From: an uncultured Alphaproteobacteria bacterium | Lineage (GTDB): Bacteria > Pseudomonadota > Alphaproteobacteria > Rs-D84 | Assembly (NCBI GenBank): GCA_963931495.1 | Contig: OZ007020.1 | Span: 1-32,000 of the forward strand | Reading direction: 5' to 3' | DNA: 32,000 bases | Part shown: positions 17,601-26,637 of the stretch, one piece after another | Numbering within the stretch: the first letter of the stretch is position 1 | How the letters are laid out: the number at the start of each line of letters is the position of its first letter | Notes under the pieces: generated by a model | The model's database searches: none | Told to the model about the DNA's origin: nothing | Seen by the model: only the letters and a program-made list of their open reading frames with translations | Position numbers and translations under genes: made by a program

Positions 17601-18725
17601 CAGTGCCATTGTTTTCGGCAACCCAACCTGGTGCAATTTTAATGACGGACCAGACACAATCACACTGCGCCCAGAATAATCCACACGTTTACCCAACAGG
17701 TTCATACGGAAACGCCCCGCTTTGCCCCGTAATGAATCAGACAATGACTTTAACGGACGGCGATTTTGCGATACCATCGGGCGCGCCTTGTGCCCATTAT
17801 CAAACAGTGAATCAACGGCTTCTTGTAACATGCGTTTTTCATTGCGAACAATAATTTCAGGCGCATGCATTTCAATAAATCTTTTCAGACGATTGTTACG
17901 AATAATAACACGACGATACAGGTCATTCAAATCAGACGCCGCAACGTGCCCCGCATCCAATGTTACCAACGGACGCATATCTGGCGGAATAACCGGGATA
18001 ATATCCGGCAACATCCATGCCGGTTCTGTTTTAGAATCCAAGAAAGATTCCACCAATTTTAATTGTTTAATTAATCCTTTGCGCTTTGATTCAGACTTGG
18101 TTTCCGCCAGTTCTGCACGCAGACGTGTGCGTTCATCGCCCATATCCAGATTTGCGATAATGCTGCGTACACCTTCGGCACCGATACCGACATGAAATGC
18201 ATCTGCGCCAAATTCTTCAACCGCATTTTGATATTCATCTTCGCTGATTACATCATATTGTTTCAGGTTTGTTAACCCTGGTTCAATAACAATATATGCA
18301 TCGTACGAGATGACTTGTTCCAGTTTCTTTTGTGGCAAATTGTTTAACAATGTTGCAATTTTGCCTTCGCGCAGGAACCACGTATGCGCAACCGGCATCG
18401 CCAGTTTGATGTGCCCCATCCGTTCACGACGAACAGATTTTGAACCAACTTCTACGCCACAGCGTTCACAAACGACACCACGGAACTTTATTCGTTTATA
18501 TTTACCACACGCACATTCATAGTCCTTGACCGGACCAAAAATCTGCTGGCAAAACAGTCCCTCGGGCTCTGGTTTCAAAGAATGATAGTTTATCGTTTCT
18601 GGTTTTTTTACTTCGCCATGGGACCAAGACAGAATTTCTTCTGGGGACGCAATTGTGATGCGCAGCGCGTCAAACTGTTCCTTGGTTTCAATTTGTCCGA
18701 ATATTTTTTGCAACATATTGGTCAT
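14616..18725 (-). CDS. rpoC: DNA-directed RNA polymerase subunit beta'
   Basis: 1369 aa. It contains the zinc-binding CxCGKY...CxxCGVE motif, the catalytic NADFDGDQM, and RpoC-like sequence along the whole length. AAAGGAG RBS. Confidence 0.98.
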   Translation of the reverse strand: MTNMLQKIFGQIETKEQFDALRITIASPEEILSWSHGEVKKPETINYHSLKPEPEGLFCQQIFGPVKDYECACGKYKRIKFRGVVCERCGVEVGSKSVRRERMGHIKLAMPVAHTWFLREGKIATLLNNLPQKKLEQVISYDAYIVIEPGLTNLKQYDVISEDEYQNAVEEFGADAFHVGIGAEGVRSIIANLDMGDERTRLRAELAETKSESKRKGLIKQLKLVESFLDSKTEPAWMLPDIIPVIPPDMRPLVTLDAGHVAASDLNDLYRRVIIRNNRLKRFIEMHAPEIIVRNEKRMLQEAVDSLFDNGHKARPMVSQNRRPLKSLSDSLRGKAGRFRMNLLGKRVDYSGRSVIVSGPSLKLHQVGLPKTMALDLFKPFVYARLLAGDYANTLKTARKMVENGEDVVWEILEKVIYQHPVLLNRQPSLHRLSMLAFEPVLIEGKAIRLHPLVCKGFNADFDGDQMAVHVPISLEAQLEARTLMLSSNNILSPANGEPMIVPSQDMVLGVYYISLINGEHTDKSPRFANMDEVKMALENKSITLHTPIVARINGKIYKTTAGRMILGELLPKSDNMPFDLVNKVMPVGEIKALLATTYERCGDKATILLADALKDTGFEQAARSGISIGYEDIVVPDEKKDIIADTEKEAEEIEQQYQNGLLSSGERHNKLIDLWQKTTDKIGDLAYTALEKNTGDNWNSVWMMAKSGARGSKRQIQQVAGMRGMMQKPDGSIIEVPIISNFKEGLTMSEYFTSTHGARKGMSDTALKTADAGYLTRRLVELAQNTVITEHDCGTTEFITAKPVYQGSSLAVPLGDVVLGRTAAHDIVHPITKEVIVPAGELITKVAARQINESGLPSVDVRSVLTCQSDGLCAKCYGMDLSRNALVHVGEAVGVIAGQSIGEPGTQLTLRTFHIGGVASGGAESHFIEVPVAGTIKLTNVNTIKNSAGRIVVLSRNGELAVVDDNGENLFSTKIPYAAMMIVNDGDRVEKGAKVAEWDPYSNTIIAEKDGTVQFQDLIENVSYQEEVDSMTGIVSRKVINWNANTKKALNPAIVLVDDQGQVISLGGKKVAEYLLPTYSVLNVANGATVAAGDVLARIPVQAKRTGDITGGLPRVNELLEVRRPANPALLAEIDGTVELEDAKSKIMIRIVPDDGTAPVEYVVPKGTNLLVRSGDVVRKADKLVDGDPVPQDILRILGQKALATFMVEQIQQVYRLQGVSINDKHIEILIREMTRRVEITNPGDTGFLMGQVVDRVDFEEENARVTRDGGRPAVSSQVLVGLTRASLTSRSFISNASFQQTTKVLVDAAISGATDKLVGINENLIVGRLIPVGTGAYVRRVREIAKEEEKAEKLARDGATQQQLLDI

Positions 18726-18764
18726 ATATTTTGCTCCTTTCAGTCGCTATAGAACCCATCATCG

Positions 18765-18788
18765 TCCGGCGTTTTTGCAAACGCCGGA
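18765..18788 (-). other. 10-bp stem-loop in the rpoB-rpoC spacer
   Basis: tccggcgttt/aaacgccgga with a 4-nt loop and no U-tract, so probably an mRNA structure or processing element rather than a terminator. Confidence 0.4.
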
Positions 18789-18796
18789 ACAATGAA

Positions 18797-21700
18797 TTAA
18801 TCTAACTTCTTTGGTGTCAGCGCCAACCCCAATCCACGCAGTTCACGAACGAACACGTTGAATGCTTCGGGCGTGCCGGTTTGGAAATCGTTACTGCCCG
18901 ATATGATTGATTCATACATTTTTGTACGCCCAACAATATCGTCTGATTTCACTGTCAACATTTCACGTAACAGATGCGCGGCACCATGTGCTTCTATGGC
19001 CCACACTTCCATTTCGCCCAAACGCTGACCACCCATATGCGCCTTGCCTGACAACGGCTGTTGCGTTACCAAAGAATAGTTTCCAATAGAACGTGCATGT
19101 ATCTTGTCATCAACCAAATGATGCAACTTTAACATGTACATTACGCCAACCGTTACTGGACGTGCGAACTTTTCACCCGTCATACCATCATACAGAGTGA
19201 ATTGCCCAGATTCTGGTAACTTGGCCAATTTCAGCATATGCTTAATATCTTCGGACGTGGCACCGTCAAATGTCGGTGTTGCCATTGGCACACCATCACG
19301 CAACAATGTCGCTTCGGCCCGAACGTCCGTATCTGTCATTTTTTCCAACTTTTCAGATACTTCTTTGCCATAAATCTTGCCAATCGCAGAACGCAAATCA
19401 TCTGTTACAGCACGTTTCTGTTTGACTTCTTCCAGAACCGCATCAATTTGCTTGCCCAAACTGCGCGCCGCCATACCAAGATGCGTTTCCAGAATCTGGC
19501 CAATATTCATACGTGACGGCACACCCAACGGATTTAATACCAAATCAACCGGGGTTCCATCTTCCATATATGGCATATCTTCAATTGGGACAATTTTTGA
19601 TACGATACCCTTGTTACCATGGCGTCCGGCCATCTTGTCCCCTGGTTGCAATTTCATTTTGTGCGCGATGTATACTTTTACTTCCTTTAACACCCCAGCA
19701 CCCAAAGAATTGCTTTCTGTAACCTTGGCAATTTCAGCATCGGCCTTTTCGTTCAGTGCCTTTAATTTCTGAACATGTTGTTCACGCACTTCATCAATTT
19801 TTGCCTGGGCTTCTTTATTACGTACGACCATTTTTTTAACATCAGCCGGACGGATGCCTTCAAATACTTCTTGGGTCAGTTTTTTACCAACAAATGGTTT
19901 CAAACTGCCTGTGCCAGAATCAATAACCATGCCTTCGGCGATTTGGAATATCTGGTCTGCGAATCCGCGTTCCATGATTTCCGTTTCTTCTTCGCGGTCA
20001 CGATTTATTTTTTCTATTTTTTGCAGTTCAATCATCTGGGTGCGTTCGTCTTTTTTAACACCATGACGTGTTAAAACATTCACGCCGATAACAGTCCCTT
20101 CTTCGTTCGGGCCAACACGCAGCGACGTGTCTTTGACGTTCAACGCCTTTTCACCAAAGATGTTACGTAACAGTGCTTCTTCGGGGGTCAGTAATGTTTC
20201 AGATTTTGGTGAAACACGACCAACCAAAATATCACCCTGTTTTACACGCGCACCAACGTATATAATCCCAGATTCATCCAAGTTCTTTAACGCTTCTTCG
20301 CCAACATTTGGAATGTCACGTGTCAAACTTTCTGGCCCCAGTTGCGTATCACGAACCTTGAATTCTTTTTCAACAATCTTGACCGATGTAAATACGTCAT
20401 CACGTGAAATACGTTCAGAAATAACAATTGAATCTTCATAGTTATATCCGCGCCATGGCACAAACGCAACCAATACATTGCGCCCCAATGCCAATTCGCC
20501 GTAATTCATTGATGAACCGTCTGCGATAATGTCACCCGCAGAAATACGATCGCCAACCTTTACCAATGGTTTTTGATGAATCAATGTTTCGCTGTTGCTG
20601 CGTTCAAATTTTTCCAGATTGTAAATATCAACCCCGGTCACAACATTGCGACTGTTCATACATTTAACCACAATACGATTTGCGTCCACAGATTCCACAA
20701 CACCGCTGTGTTTTGCCACCTTGCCTGTACGGGAATCACGCGCAACTTCGCGTTCAATACCGGTGCCGACCAATGGGGCCTGGACCCGCAATAACGGCAC
20801 AGCCTGGCGTTGCATGTTTGAACCCATTAATGCACGGTTCGCGTCATCATTTTCAACGAACGGTATTAACCCGGTTGCAATGGACACAACCTGGCGCGGG
20901 GCAACGTCAATCAAATCAATTTCTTCTTTTGGCACCATCGCAAATTCACCATCTACGCGTGCGGTTACCAAATCTTCGGATAAAACACCCGCCGCTGTTG
21001 TCGGTGTATTGCCCTGGGCAATTTTGTGACCCAGTTCTTCATCCGCGGTCAGATATACCATCTTGTCTGTAACTTTGCTGTTTTCAACAACATAGTACGG
21101 CGTTTCAATAAATCCATATGGGTTTACGCGCGCATATGTTGCCAGATGGTTAATCAGACCGATATTTGCACCTTCGGGTGTGTTAATTGGGCATAAACGA
21201 CCATAGTGTGTCGGATGCACGTCACGGACGTCAATGCCGGCGCGTTCACGATTTAACCCGCCCGGCCCCAACGCAGAAATACGGCGTTTGTGTTCCAATT
21301 CGGACAACGGATTATATGCATCCATAAACTGTGACAACTGTGATGTACCCAAGAATTCTGATATCAATGACATTAATGGCTTTACATTAATAACATCTTG
21401 GGGTTGCATATTCGCAATGTTCGGCGATGACAAACTTTCGCGCACCAGGCGTTCAATACGGACCATACCTGTGCGGAAATTTTGTTCCAGTAATTCACCA
21501 ACCGTACGAACACGACGATTAGACAAATTATCAATATCATCAACCGTGTCTTTGTGGTCAATAATATTTGTTAATGTTTTTAACACCGCCAAGAAATCAG
21601 ATTTAGACAGCAATCTGTCATCTTCTGGTTTTTTGCCAGAATCAATCTTTAACCGCTTGTTCATCTTGAAACGACCAACCGCCGACAAATCATAGTATGC

Positions 21701-22936
21701 CGGATCAAATCCTTGGCGCATAAACAGATTTATGGCCGCTTCCAGTGTTGGGCGTTCACCCGGACGAATGATGTTGTATATTTCAATCAACGCTTCTTCG
21801 CGGTTAACGGTCTTGTCTGCAATCAGCGTATTGCGCATATGTGCCGAAATTGTTGTATTATCAATCGCAATCAATGATATTTCACGGACATTCATTTTTT
21901 CCAAATCAGATAACACTTCGTCCGTTATTTCTGTCCCAGCACGATAAACAACATTTCCCGCATCATCCATAATTGGGTCAAATAAATATTCACCAATCAA
22001 ACTTTCTGGTAACATACCGTATTCTTTGGATGCGGCCACGACCTTGGCCAGACGCTTGGCATTCATACGATCGCCCTTGGATGCCAATGGCTTTTTATCG
22101 CGTGGATTGATTAAATCATAATTCAAACGGTATTTTTCCAGTCCATCAAATACAGACGTTTGGCCGATCCACATATTTCCATCAAACTTTAACGGCATGC
22201 GTTTGTAAAAAGCGGACAAAATTTCTGTATCATCCATGCCACGGATTGTTGCCTTGCGCGGTTCTGCGGCCCACTTTTTTTCGTCTTCGGCGGCCGGCAA
22301 GCAACGCAATAAAACTGTTGCCGGGATTTTACGACGCCGATCAATGCGAACATATATGACACCCTTGGATTCTTCAAAATCAATCCAAGAACCATGTTCT
22401 GGGATTATGCGTGCCGTGTATGTGATTGGATTCCCAGCAATTTTTGCTTCTTTGGTTGTTGCAAACACAACGCCTTGGGCGCGGTGCATTTGTGAAACGA
22501 TGACGCGTTCAACACCGGCGGCAATAAAACTGCCCCGTTCTGTCATCAATGGCACATCACCCATAAATATTTCTTGTTCTTTGATATCACGCAGTGTTTT
22601 TTTGCCGTCTTCTGCGACATCCCACAATATCAAGCGCAATTTTAATTTTAACTTGCTGGAATACGTTAAATTACGCATCATGCATTCTTTAACATTATAT
22701 ACCGGCTTGTCCAAACTGTATTCAACAAATTCCAAATCCGCAACGCCAGCATAATCCTTGATTGGAAACATTGACGCAAAAACATTTTGTAATCCAATAT
22801 TTTTTCTGTTTTGCGGCGCGACATCAGCCTGCAAAAAATCTTTGTAAGAATTATATTGAATTTCAACCAAGTCTGGAAGTGGGGTTTGCAAAAAACTTTT
22901 TCCAAAAGATTTTCTGAATTTCTGGATAACTGCCAT
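18797..22936 (-). CDS. rpoB: DNA-directed RNA polymerase subunit beta
   Basis: 1379 aa counted from the ATG at 22936 (MAVIQKFRKSFGK...), which has an AAGGA RBS 8-9 nt upstream; the ORF-track TTG at 22945 is less likely. RpoB-like sequence runs throughout (e.g. GRHGNKGIVSKI). Confidence 0.98.
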   Translation of the reverse strand: MAVIQKFRKSFGKSFLQTPLPDLVEIQYNSYKDFLQADVAPQNRKNIGLQNVFASMFPIKDYAGVADLEFVEYSLDKPVYNVKECMMRNLTYSSKLKLKLRLILWDVAEDGKKTLRDIKEQEIFMGDVPLMTERGSFIAAGVERVIVSQMHRAQGVVFATTKEAKIAGNPITYTARIIPEHGSWIDFEESKGVIYVRIDRRRKIPATVLLRCLPAAEDEKKWAAEPRKATIRGMDDTEILSAFYKRMPLKFDGNMWIGQTSVFDGLEKYRLNYDLINPRDKKPLASKGDRMNAKRLAKVVAASKEYGMLPESLIGEYLFDPIMDDAGNVVYRAGTEITDEVLSDLEKMNVREISLIAIDNTTISAHMRNTLIADKTVNREEALIEIYNIIRPGERPTLEAAINLFMRQGFDPAYYDLSAVGRFKMNKRLKIDSGKKPEDDRLLSKSDFLAVLKTLTNIIDHKDTVDDIDNLSNRRVRTVGELLEQNFRTGMVRIERLVRESLSSPNIANMQPQDVINVKPLMSLISEFLGTSQLSQFMDAYNPLSELEHKRRISALGPGGLNRERAGIDVRDVHPTHYGRLCPINTPEGANIGLINHLATYARVNPYGFIETPYYVVENSKVTDKMVYLTADEELGHKIAQGNTPTTAAGVLSEDLVTARVDGEFAMVPKEEIDLIDVAPRQVVSIATGLIPFVENDDANRALMGSNMQRQAVPLLRVQAPLVGTGIEREVARDSRTGKVAKHSGVVESVDANRIVVKCMNSRNVVTGVDIYNLEKFERSNSETLIHQKPLVKVGDRISAGDIIADGSSMNYGELALGRNVLVAFVPWRGYNYEDSIVISERISRDDVFTSVKIVEKEFKVRDTQLGPESLTRDIPNVGEEALKNLDESGIIYVGARVKQGDILVGRVSPKSETLLTPEEALLRNIFGEKALNVKDTSLRVGPNEEGTVIGVNVLTRHGVKKDERTQMIELQKIEKINRDREEETEIMERGFADQIFQIAEGMVIDSGTGSLKPFVGKKLTQEVFEGIRPADVKKMVVRNKEAQAKIDEVREQHVQKLKALNEKADAEIAKVTESNSLGAGVLKEVKVYIAHKMKLQPGDKMAGRHGNKGIVSKIVPIEDMPYMEDGTPVDLVLNPLGVPSRMNIGQILETHLGMAARSLGKQIDAVLEEVKQKRAVTDDLRSAIGKIYGKEVSEKLEKMTDTDVRAEATLLRDGVPMATPTFDGATSEDIKHMLKLAKLPESGQFTLYDGMTGEKFARPVTVGVMYMLKLHHLVDDKIHARSIGNYSLVTQQPLSGKAHMGGQRLGEMEVWAIEAHGAAHLLREMLTVKSDDIVGRTKMYESIISGSNDFQTGTPEAFNVFVRELRGLGLALTPKKLD

Positions 22937-23100
22937 GGGTATCAATCCTTTTTTTTCGTGCGTTTTGCAAACAAAACAAATTACATGTATTCTTTACGCC
23001 TTTGTGCCCACCCAGGATTTTTTTACCCCAGGTGGGCGATTGGCGGCGCGACAAGTGCCGCGGCTTTTTTTATTTTTGTGAACCGTGCGGTTCGGGTGAA

Positions 23101-23466
23101 TTATTTCAATTCAACCTTGGCACCGGCTGCTTCTAATGTCGCCTTCATTTTTTCGGCTTCATCTTTGGCAACGGCTTCTTTCACAGTCTTTGGTGCAGAT
23201 TCAACCAACGCTTTGGCTTCGCCCAATCCCAAACCTGTGATGTCTTTTACAGCCTTGATAACCGCCAATTTGTTTGCACCGGCATCAGCCAACACAACAT
23301 CAAATTCCGATTTTTCTTCGGCCGCGGCCGCCGCAGGACCAGCAGCAGCAGCAACCGCCGCAGCGGCGCTGACGCCCCAAGTTTCTTCCAATGCCTTGGA
23401 CAATTCAACCGCTTCCATAACGGTCAATTTTGACAATTCTTCAACTAATTTTTGAATGTCTGCCAT
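23101..23466 (-). CDS. rplL: 50S ribosomal protein L7/L12
   Basis: 121 aa with an Ala-rich hinge [19 protein letters not shown] and a C-terminal domain ...[36 protein letters not shown]. Confidence 0.97.
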   Translation of the reverse strand: MADIQKLVEELSKLTVMEAVELSKALEETWGVSAAAAVAAAAGPAAAAAEEKSEFDVVLADAGANKLAVIKAVKDITGLGLGEAKALVESAPKTVKEAVAKDEAEKMKATLEAAGAKVELK

Positions 23467-23509
23467 TTTTTTGCTCCTATGTAATCAGAATATTACATTC
23501 TGGTTTGTT

Positions 23510-23986
23510 TTAATTCTTTTTTCCATACTCTGCAGAAACGCGGGCCAAGCGCGATGCTGGTTCAACCAATATACGCGCAATTTTGCCACGAATTTCCAAC
23601 AGGGACGGCAGTTTGGATAATTGCAAAATATCGTCCACACCCAAAACATCCGCGTCCATTTTACCACCAATGATTGTCAAGTTTGGATGTTCATCTGCGA
23701 ACTTGGCCAATACTTTGGTAACCGCCAAACCATCTGTTGCAACAGCAACCGCGGTTGGGCGCTTTAACATATCGGATATGGGTTCAAAGTCGGTATCTTT
23801 TAATGCCAACTTCATCAAACGGTTTTTGACAACTTTGAATGTTGAAACCAATGGGCGCAATTCATTACGCAATGTTTCAAATTCCTTTACGGTCAAACCA
23901 TGATTTTCAATAACGAAAACACCGTTTGCTTCTTTCAAGGACGATTGCAACGCTGAAATCAAATCTGATTTTTCTTCGCGTCTCAT
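23510..23986 (-). CDS. rplJ: 50S ribosomal protein L10
   Basis: 158 aa. L10-like sequence lying immediately upstream of rplL. AAGGG RBS. Confidence 0.93.
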   Translation of the reverse strand: MRREEKSDLISALQSSLKEANGVFVIENHGLTVKEFETLRNELRPLVSTFKVVKNRLMKLALKDTDFEPISDMLKRPTAVAVATDGLAVTKVLAKFADEHPNLTIIGGKMDADVLGVDDILQLSKLPSLLEIRGKIARILVEPASRLARVSAEYGKKN

Positions 23987-24201
23987 ATCTTTACCCTTAT
24001 CTGCAAGATTTTGAAATAGATTTCAAAACCCCTGTTCTTGTTAAACTTTCCATCCGATGTTGCCATCGGGTGGGGCCTGTGCTTCCTGCCCCAAAGAAAT
24101 TTTCTTTGTCTATGATGGCAATTAAGTCCGGCGCACCGGGCACCATCAGTCTTGGACAGAAATCTGTGTGTGCGCCGAAAAACTGGTCCGACGCACGTTT
24201 A
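23987..24201 (-). promoter_or_regulatory. Long (215-nt) rplA-rplJ spacer, probable rplJL leader or promoter region
   Basis: The position corresponds to the L10(L12)4-autoregulated leader of other bacteria. No specific fold was verified here. Confidence 0.3.
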
Positions 24202-24876
24202 TTATTTTGCATCAACTTTCAGCCCAGGGCCTTGGGTTGTTGCAACCGCAACCGCCAAGATATACTGTCCCTTGGCCGATGCCGGTTTAACCTTTTTCAA
24301 TTGGTCAATCAATGCATTTACATTTTCAACCAATTTTTCTGTTGGGAATGACATTTTTCCAACAGCGGCATGAATGATGCCATTCTTTTCTGCGCGGTAT
24401 TCAATCTGGCCCGCCTTGGCTGTTGCAACAGCATCTGCAACATTATTTGTAACCGTACCCAATTTTGGATTCGGCATCAGTCCCTTGGGCCCCAACACAC
24501 GTGCAATTTTTGACATTTTAGGCATCATATCCGGTGTTGCAATAACGCGATCAAAATTAATTTCACCACCGGCAACACGATCAATCAAATCTTCGCCACC
24601 AACAACGTCGGCCCCAGCCTTTTTGGCTTCATCCGCGCTGTTTACCGTGAACACAGCAACGCGTACAGTTTTACCCGTGCCGTTCGGCAAAGACAACATG
24701 CCACGAATATTTTGATCCGCCTTGGTAATATCAATACCCAAACGAACCGCAACTTCCAGACTTTCGTCAAACTTTTTGGACGAATATTCACGCAATGCAT
24801 CAATGGCATCCGCCACAGAATAAACTTTATTGCGGTCCAGATTTGCCCATGTTTTTTGTCTTTTTGTAATTTTCAT
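24202..24876 (-). CDS. rplA: 50S ribosomal protein L1
   Basis: 224 aa. L1-like sequence (FDESLEVAVRLGID..., GPRGLMPNPK-type motif as VLGPKGLMPNPKLGTV). A GGAGGA RBS is present. The start lies 3 nt after the rplK stop. Confidence 0.97.
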   Translation of the reverse strand: MKITKRQKTWANLDRNKVYSVADAIDALREYSSKKFDESLEVAVRLGIDITKADQNIRGMLSLPNGTGKTVRVAVFTVNSADEAKKAGADVVGGEDLIDRVAGGEINFDRVIATPDMMPKMSKIARVLGPKGLMPNPKLGTVTNNVADAVATAKAGQIEYRAEKNGIIHAAVGKMSFPTEKLVENVNALIDQLKKVKPASAKGQYILAVAVATTQGPGLKVDAK

Positions 24877-24879
24877 GTC

Positions 24880-25314
24880 TTAATCCTCCACCTTTACGCC
24901 CATTGAACGGCACTGACCTGCAACAATATTCATCGCAGATTCAATGGTAGAGCAATTTAAGTCCGGCATTTTATTTTCCGCGATTTCACGAATTTGATCT
25001 TTGGTAATCTTGCCAACAAAATCACGGCCCGGCTTATGAGAGCCGATTTTCAGTTTTAATGCCTTTTTGATATAGTACGACACAGGTGGCAGTTTCATTA
25101 TGAATTCAAAACTGCGGTCTGTATAAACGGTAATTATGCATGGAATCGGCATACCCGGTTCTTTATCAGCCGTTTTGTCATTAAACTGTTTGCAGAATTC
25201 TGCAATATTAACACCAGCCGCACCCAACGCCGGCCCAATTGGTGGCGCAGGATTCGCCTGTTTCGCGGGGACGACCAATTTTACAATCCCCTTGACTTCT
25301 TTTTTTGCTGCCAT
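24880..25314 (-). CDS. rplK: 50S ribosomal protein L11
   Basis: 144 aa counted from the ATG at 25314 ([13 protein letters not shown]...), which has GGAG 8 nt upstream. [16 protein letters not shown] is the L11 signature. Confidence 0.95.
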   Translation of the reverse strand: MAAKKEVKGIVKLVVPAKQANPAPPIGPALGAAGVNIAEFCKQFNDKTADKEPGMPIPCIITVYTDRSFEFIMKLPPVSYYIKKALKLKIGSHKPGRDFVGKITKDQIREIAENKMPDLNCSTIESAMNIVAGQCRSMGVKVED

Positions 25315-25412
25315 TTTATTCACTCCATTTTTTGGTTAGTGTTCGTGGTACGATGTGGCGCATCTACCACGGGCGGATTTTTTATTGGCACATGCCACAA
25401 AAAATCCAAAAC

Positions 25413-25595
25413 TTATTTTTGCCGGTCATTTATTCCAGACATAATTCTGTTAATAAATTCGCGACGTTCGGCATTTAATCTGGCAACCAATTGTTTTGTT
25501 TCGGGTTTTTCGCGCCATTTTTGCAATAAATCCATCAATTCATCACGCGATATTGTTACCCGAATTTCGCCAGTTAAATCCCTGTACACATTCAA
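25413..25595 (-). CDS. Small hypothetical protein (60 codons, TTG start) between nusG and rplK
   Basis: The TTG start lies 2 nt after the nusG TAA. GAGAGGG sits ~7 nt upstream, inside the nusG 3' end, so translational coupling is possible. The translation MNVYRDLTGEIRVTISRDELMDLLQKWREKPETKQLVARLNAERREFINRIMSGINDRQK is charged and helical-looking. No family was recognised. Confidence 0.4.
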   Translation of the reverse strand: MNVYRDLTGEIRVTISRDELMDLLQKWREKPETKQLVARLNAERREFINRIMSGINDRQK

Positions 25596-25597
25596 TC

Positions 25598-26131
25598 TTA
25601 TACCCTCTCTACCTGGGTAAAATCCAGTTCAACACTGGTTTCCCGGCCAAACACCAAAATTGTTACCGTCATCTTCTGTTTCAAATTATCAACTTCGGCA
25701 ATAACACCATTGAACCCGGAAAAAGGCCCGTCAATAACATGGACTTCTTGCCCAACTTCGTATGTAATATCATCGGCGACAACACTGCCTTCTTCAACCT
25801 GTTTCAACAGACGACGTGCTTCTTCTTCGCTGACGGCGATTGGCTTATTTTTTGCCCCCAAGAACATTACAACCTGGGGCATTAATTTGACCAGTGAAAA
25901 CGTTTCATTATTCAAAACCATTTGAACAACGATATATCCAGGAAAAAACTTTTTTTCAGACTTTACACGCTTGCCCGCCTTGATTTCTGTAACTTCACGC
26001 GTTGGAACCAAAATTTCGCCAAAATACGCATTCAAACGACGTTTGTCAATCTGTTCGCGTAAATTACGCGCAACCTTGTCTTCACAGCCGGTATGAACAT
26101 TAACAACGAACCATTGCATTTTTTCATCCAT
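25598..26131 (-). CDS. nusG: Transcription termination/antitermination factor NusG
   Basis: The ORF-track entry was trimmed to MDEKMQWFVVNVHTGCEDKV... (ATG at 26131, AAGGGG RBS), giving 177 aa with an NGN domain and a C-terminal KOW domain (VHVIDGPFSGFNGVIAEV). Confidence 0.95.
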   Translation of the reverse strand: MDEKMQWFVVNVHTGCEDKVARNLREQIDKRRLNAYFGEILVPTREVTEIKAGKRVKSEKKFFPGYIVVQMVLNNETFSLVKLMPQVVMFLGAKNKPIAVSEEEARRLLKQVEEGSVVADDITYEVGQEVHVIDGPFSGFNGVIAEVDNLKQKMTVTILVFGRETSVELDFTQVERV

Positions 26132-26157
26132 GACAAATACCCCTTGCCCGTATTTTT

Positions 26158-26337
26158 TTAGAAAATCCAACCAACCAGCGCGTTCAAACCACTGTCTACC
26201 ACAAAAAAGAACAACGCCGCCAACCCAGAAAATATTAAAATCATTATCGTTGCACGAATAACCGCATCGCGCGACGGCCACACAATCTTGAACCATTCAC
26301 TGCGCACAGATTTAATATAATCCAGTATTTTTTTCAT
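26158..26337 (-). CDS. secE: Preprotein translocase subunit SecE
   Basis: The ORF-track entry was trimmed to MKKILDYIKSVRSEWFKIVWPSRDAVIRATIMILIFSGLAALFFFVVDSGLNALVGWIF (59 aa). It has a single TM and the E-x-x-KV-x-WP-type motif, and lies upstream of nusG. Confidence 0.9.
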   Translation of the reverse strand: MKKILDYIKSVRSEWFKIVWPSRDAVIRATIMILIFSGLAALFFFVVDSGLNALVGWIF

Positions 26338-26397
26338 ACAAACACATCCCAAATATTTCGCGTCCATCCACCATTGCCAAACGCAGCAGCAGACATC

Positions 26398-26456
26398 AAA
26401 TTCCCCAAAATATGACAAGCATATTTTGGCGAATTTTCTGGCAGGGGCAGAAGGAA
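26398..26456. repeat. Copy A of a perfect 59-bp direct repeat (tRNA-Trp 3' fragment plus downstream hairpin)
   Basis: Identical to 26579-26637: aaattccccaaaatatgacaagcatattttggcgaattttctggcaggggcagaaggaa. It contains a 10-bp hairpin ccaaaatatg/catattttgg (26405-26429). Confidence 0.95.
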
Positions 26457-26578
26457 AGTTCGGCGTCACCTCACCACTCGTACGGATTTCGCCGCGCTGC
26501 GCTTGCAAAATCCAACTCGTATGCGAACCCAGCATTTTATGTATTCGGGTTCGCTTCCTTTACCCACACCACGACTTA

Positions 26579-26637
26579 AAATTCCCCAAAATATGACAAG
26601 CATATTTTGGCGAATTTTCTGGCAGGGGCAGAAGGAA
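26579..26637. repeat. Copy B of the 59-bp direct repeat, overlapping the 3' 18 nt of the intact tRNA-Trp gene
   Basis: Identical to 26398-26456. Positions 26620-26637 are the complement of the tRNA-Trp 3' end (TTCCTTCTGCCCCTGCCA). Confidence 0.95.

Noticed and set aside
14599-22754. Numerous 60-170-aa plus-strand ORFs inside rpoC and rpoB
   Set aside because: All of them are antisense to two unambiguous, full-length RNA polymerase genes. None has a recognisable motif or RBS.
23043-23071. Hairpin plus T-run reading as a terminator on the plus strand (antisense to the operon) in the rplL-rpoB spacer; a similar case lies at 25344-25386
   Set aside because: No plus-strand gene or promoter feeds into them. 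On the sense (minus) strand they lack a U-tail, so they are more simply structured spacer or processing elements. I cannot support an antisense-transcription claim from sequence alone.
23997-24215. 72-aa minus-strand ORF in the rplA-rplJ spacer
   Set aside because: It overlaps the rplA 3' end, has no RBS, and occupies the position of the rplJ leader. Its composition is not convincing.
25598-26535. Long N-terminal extensions of nusG (232 aa) and secE (125 aa) in the ORF track
   Set aside because: The extensions read through intergenic DNA and the 59-bp repeat and encode Cys/Trp-rich junk. Internal ATGs with RBSs give canonical 177-aa NusG and 59-aa SecE proteins.
26398-26637. The 59-bp repeat pair as a minimal CRISPR array
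   Set aside because: There are only two copies. The intervening 122 bp is far longer than a spacer, the repeat contains tRNA sequence, and there are no cas genes in the window.
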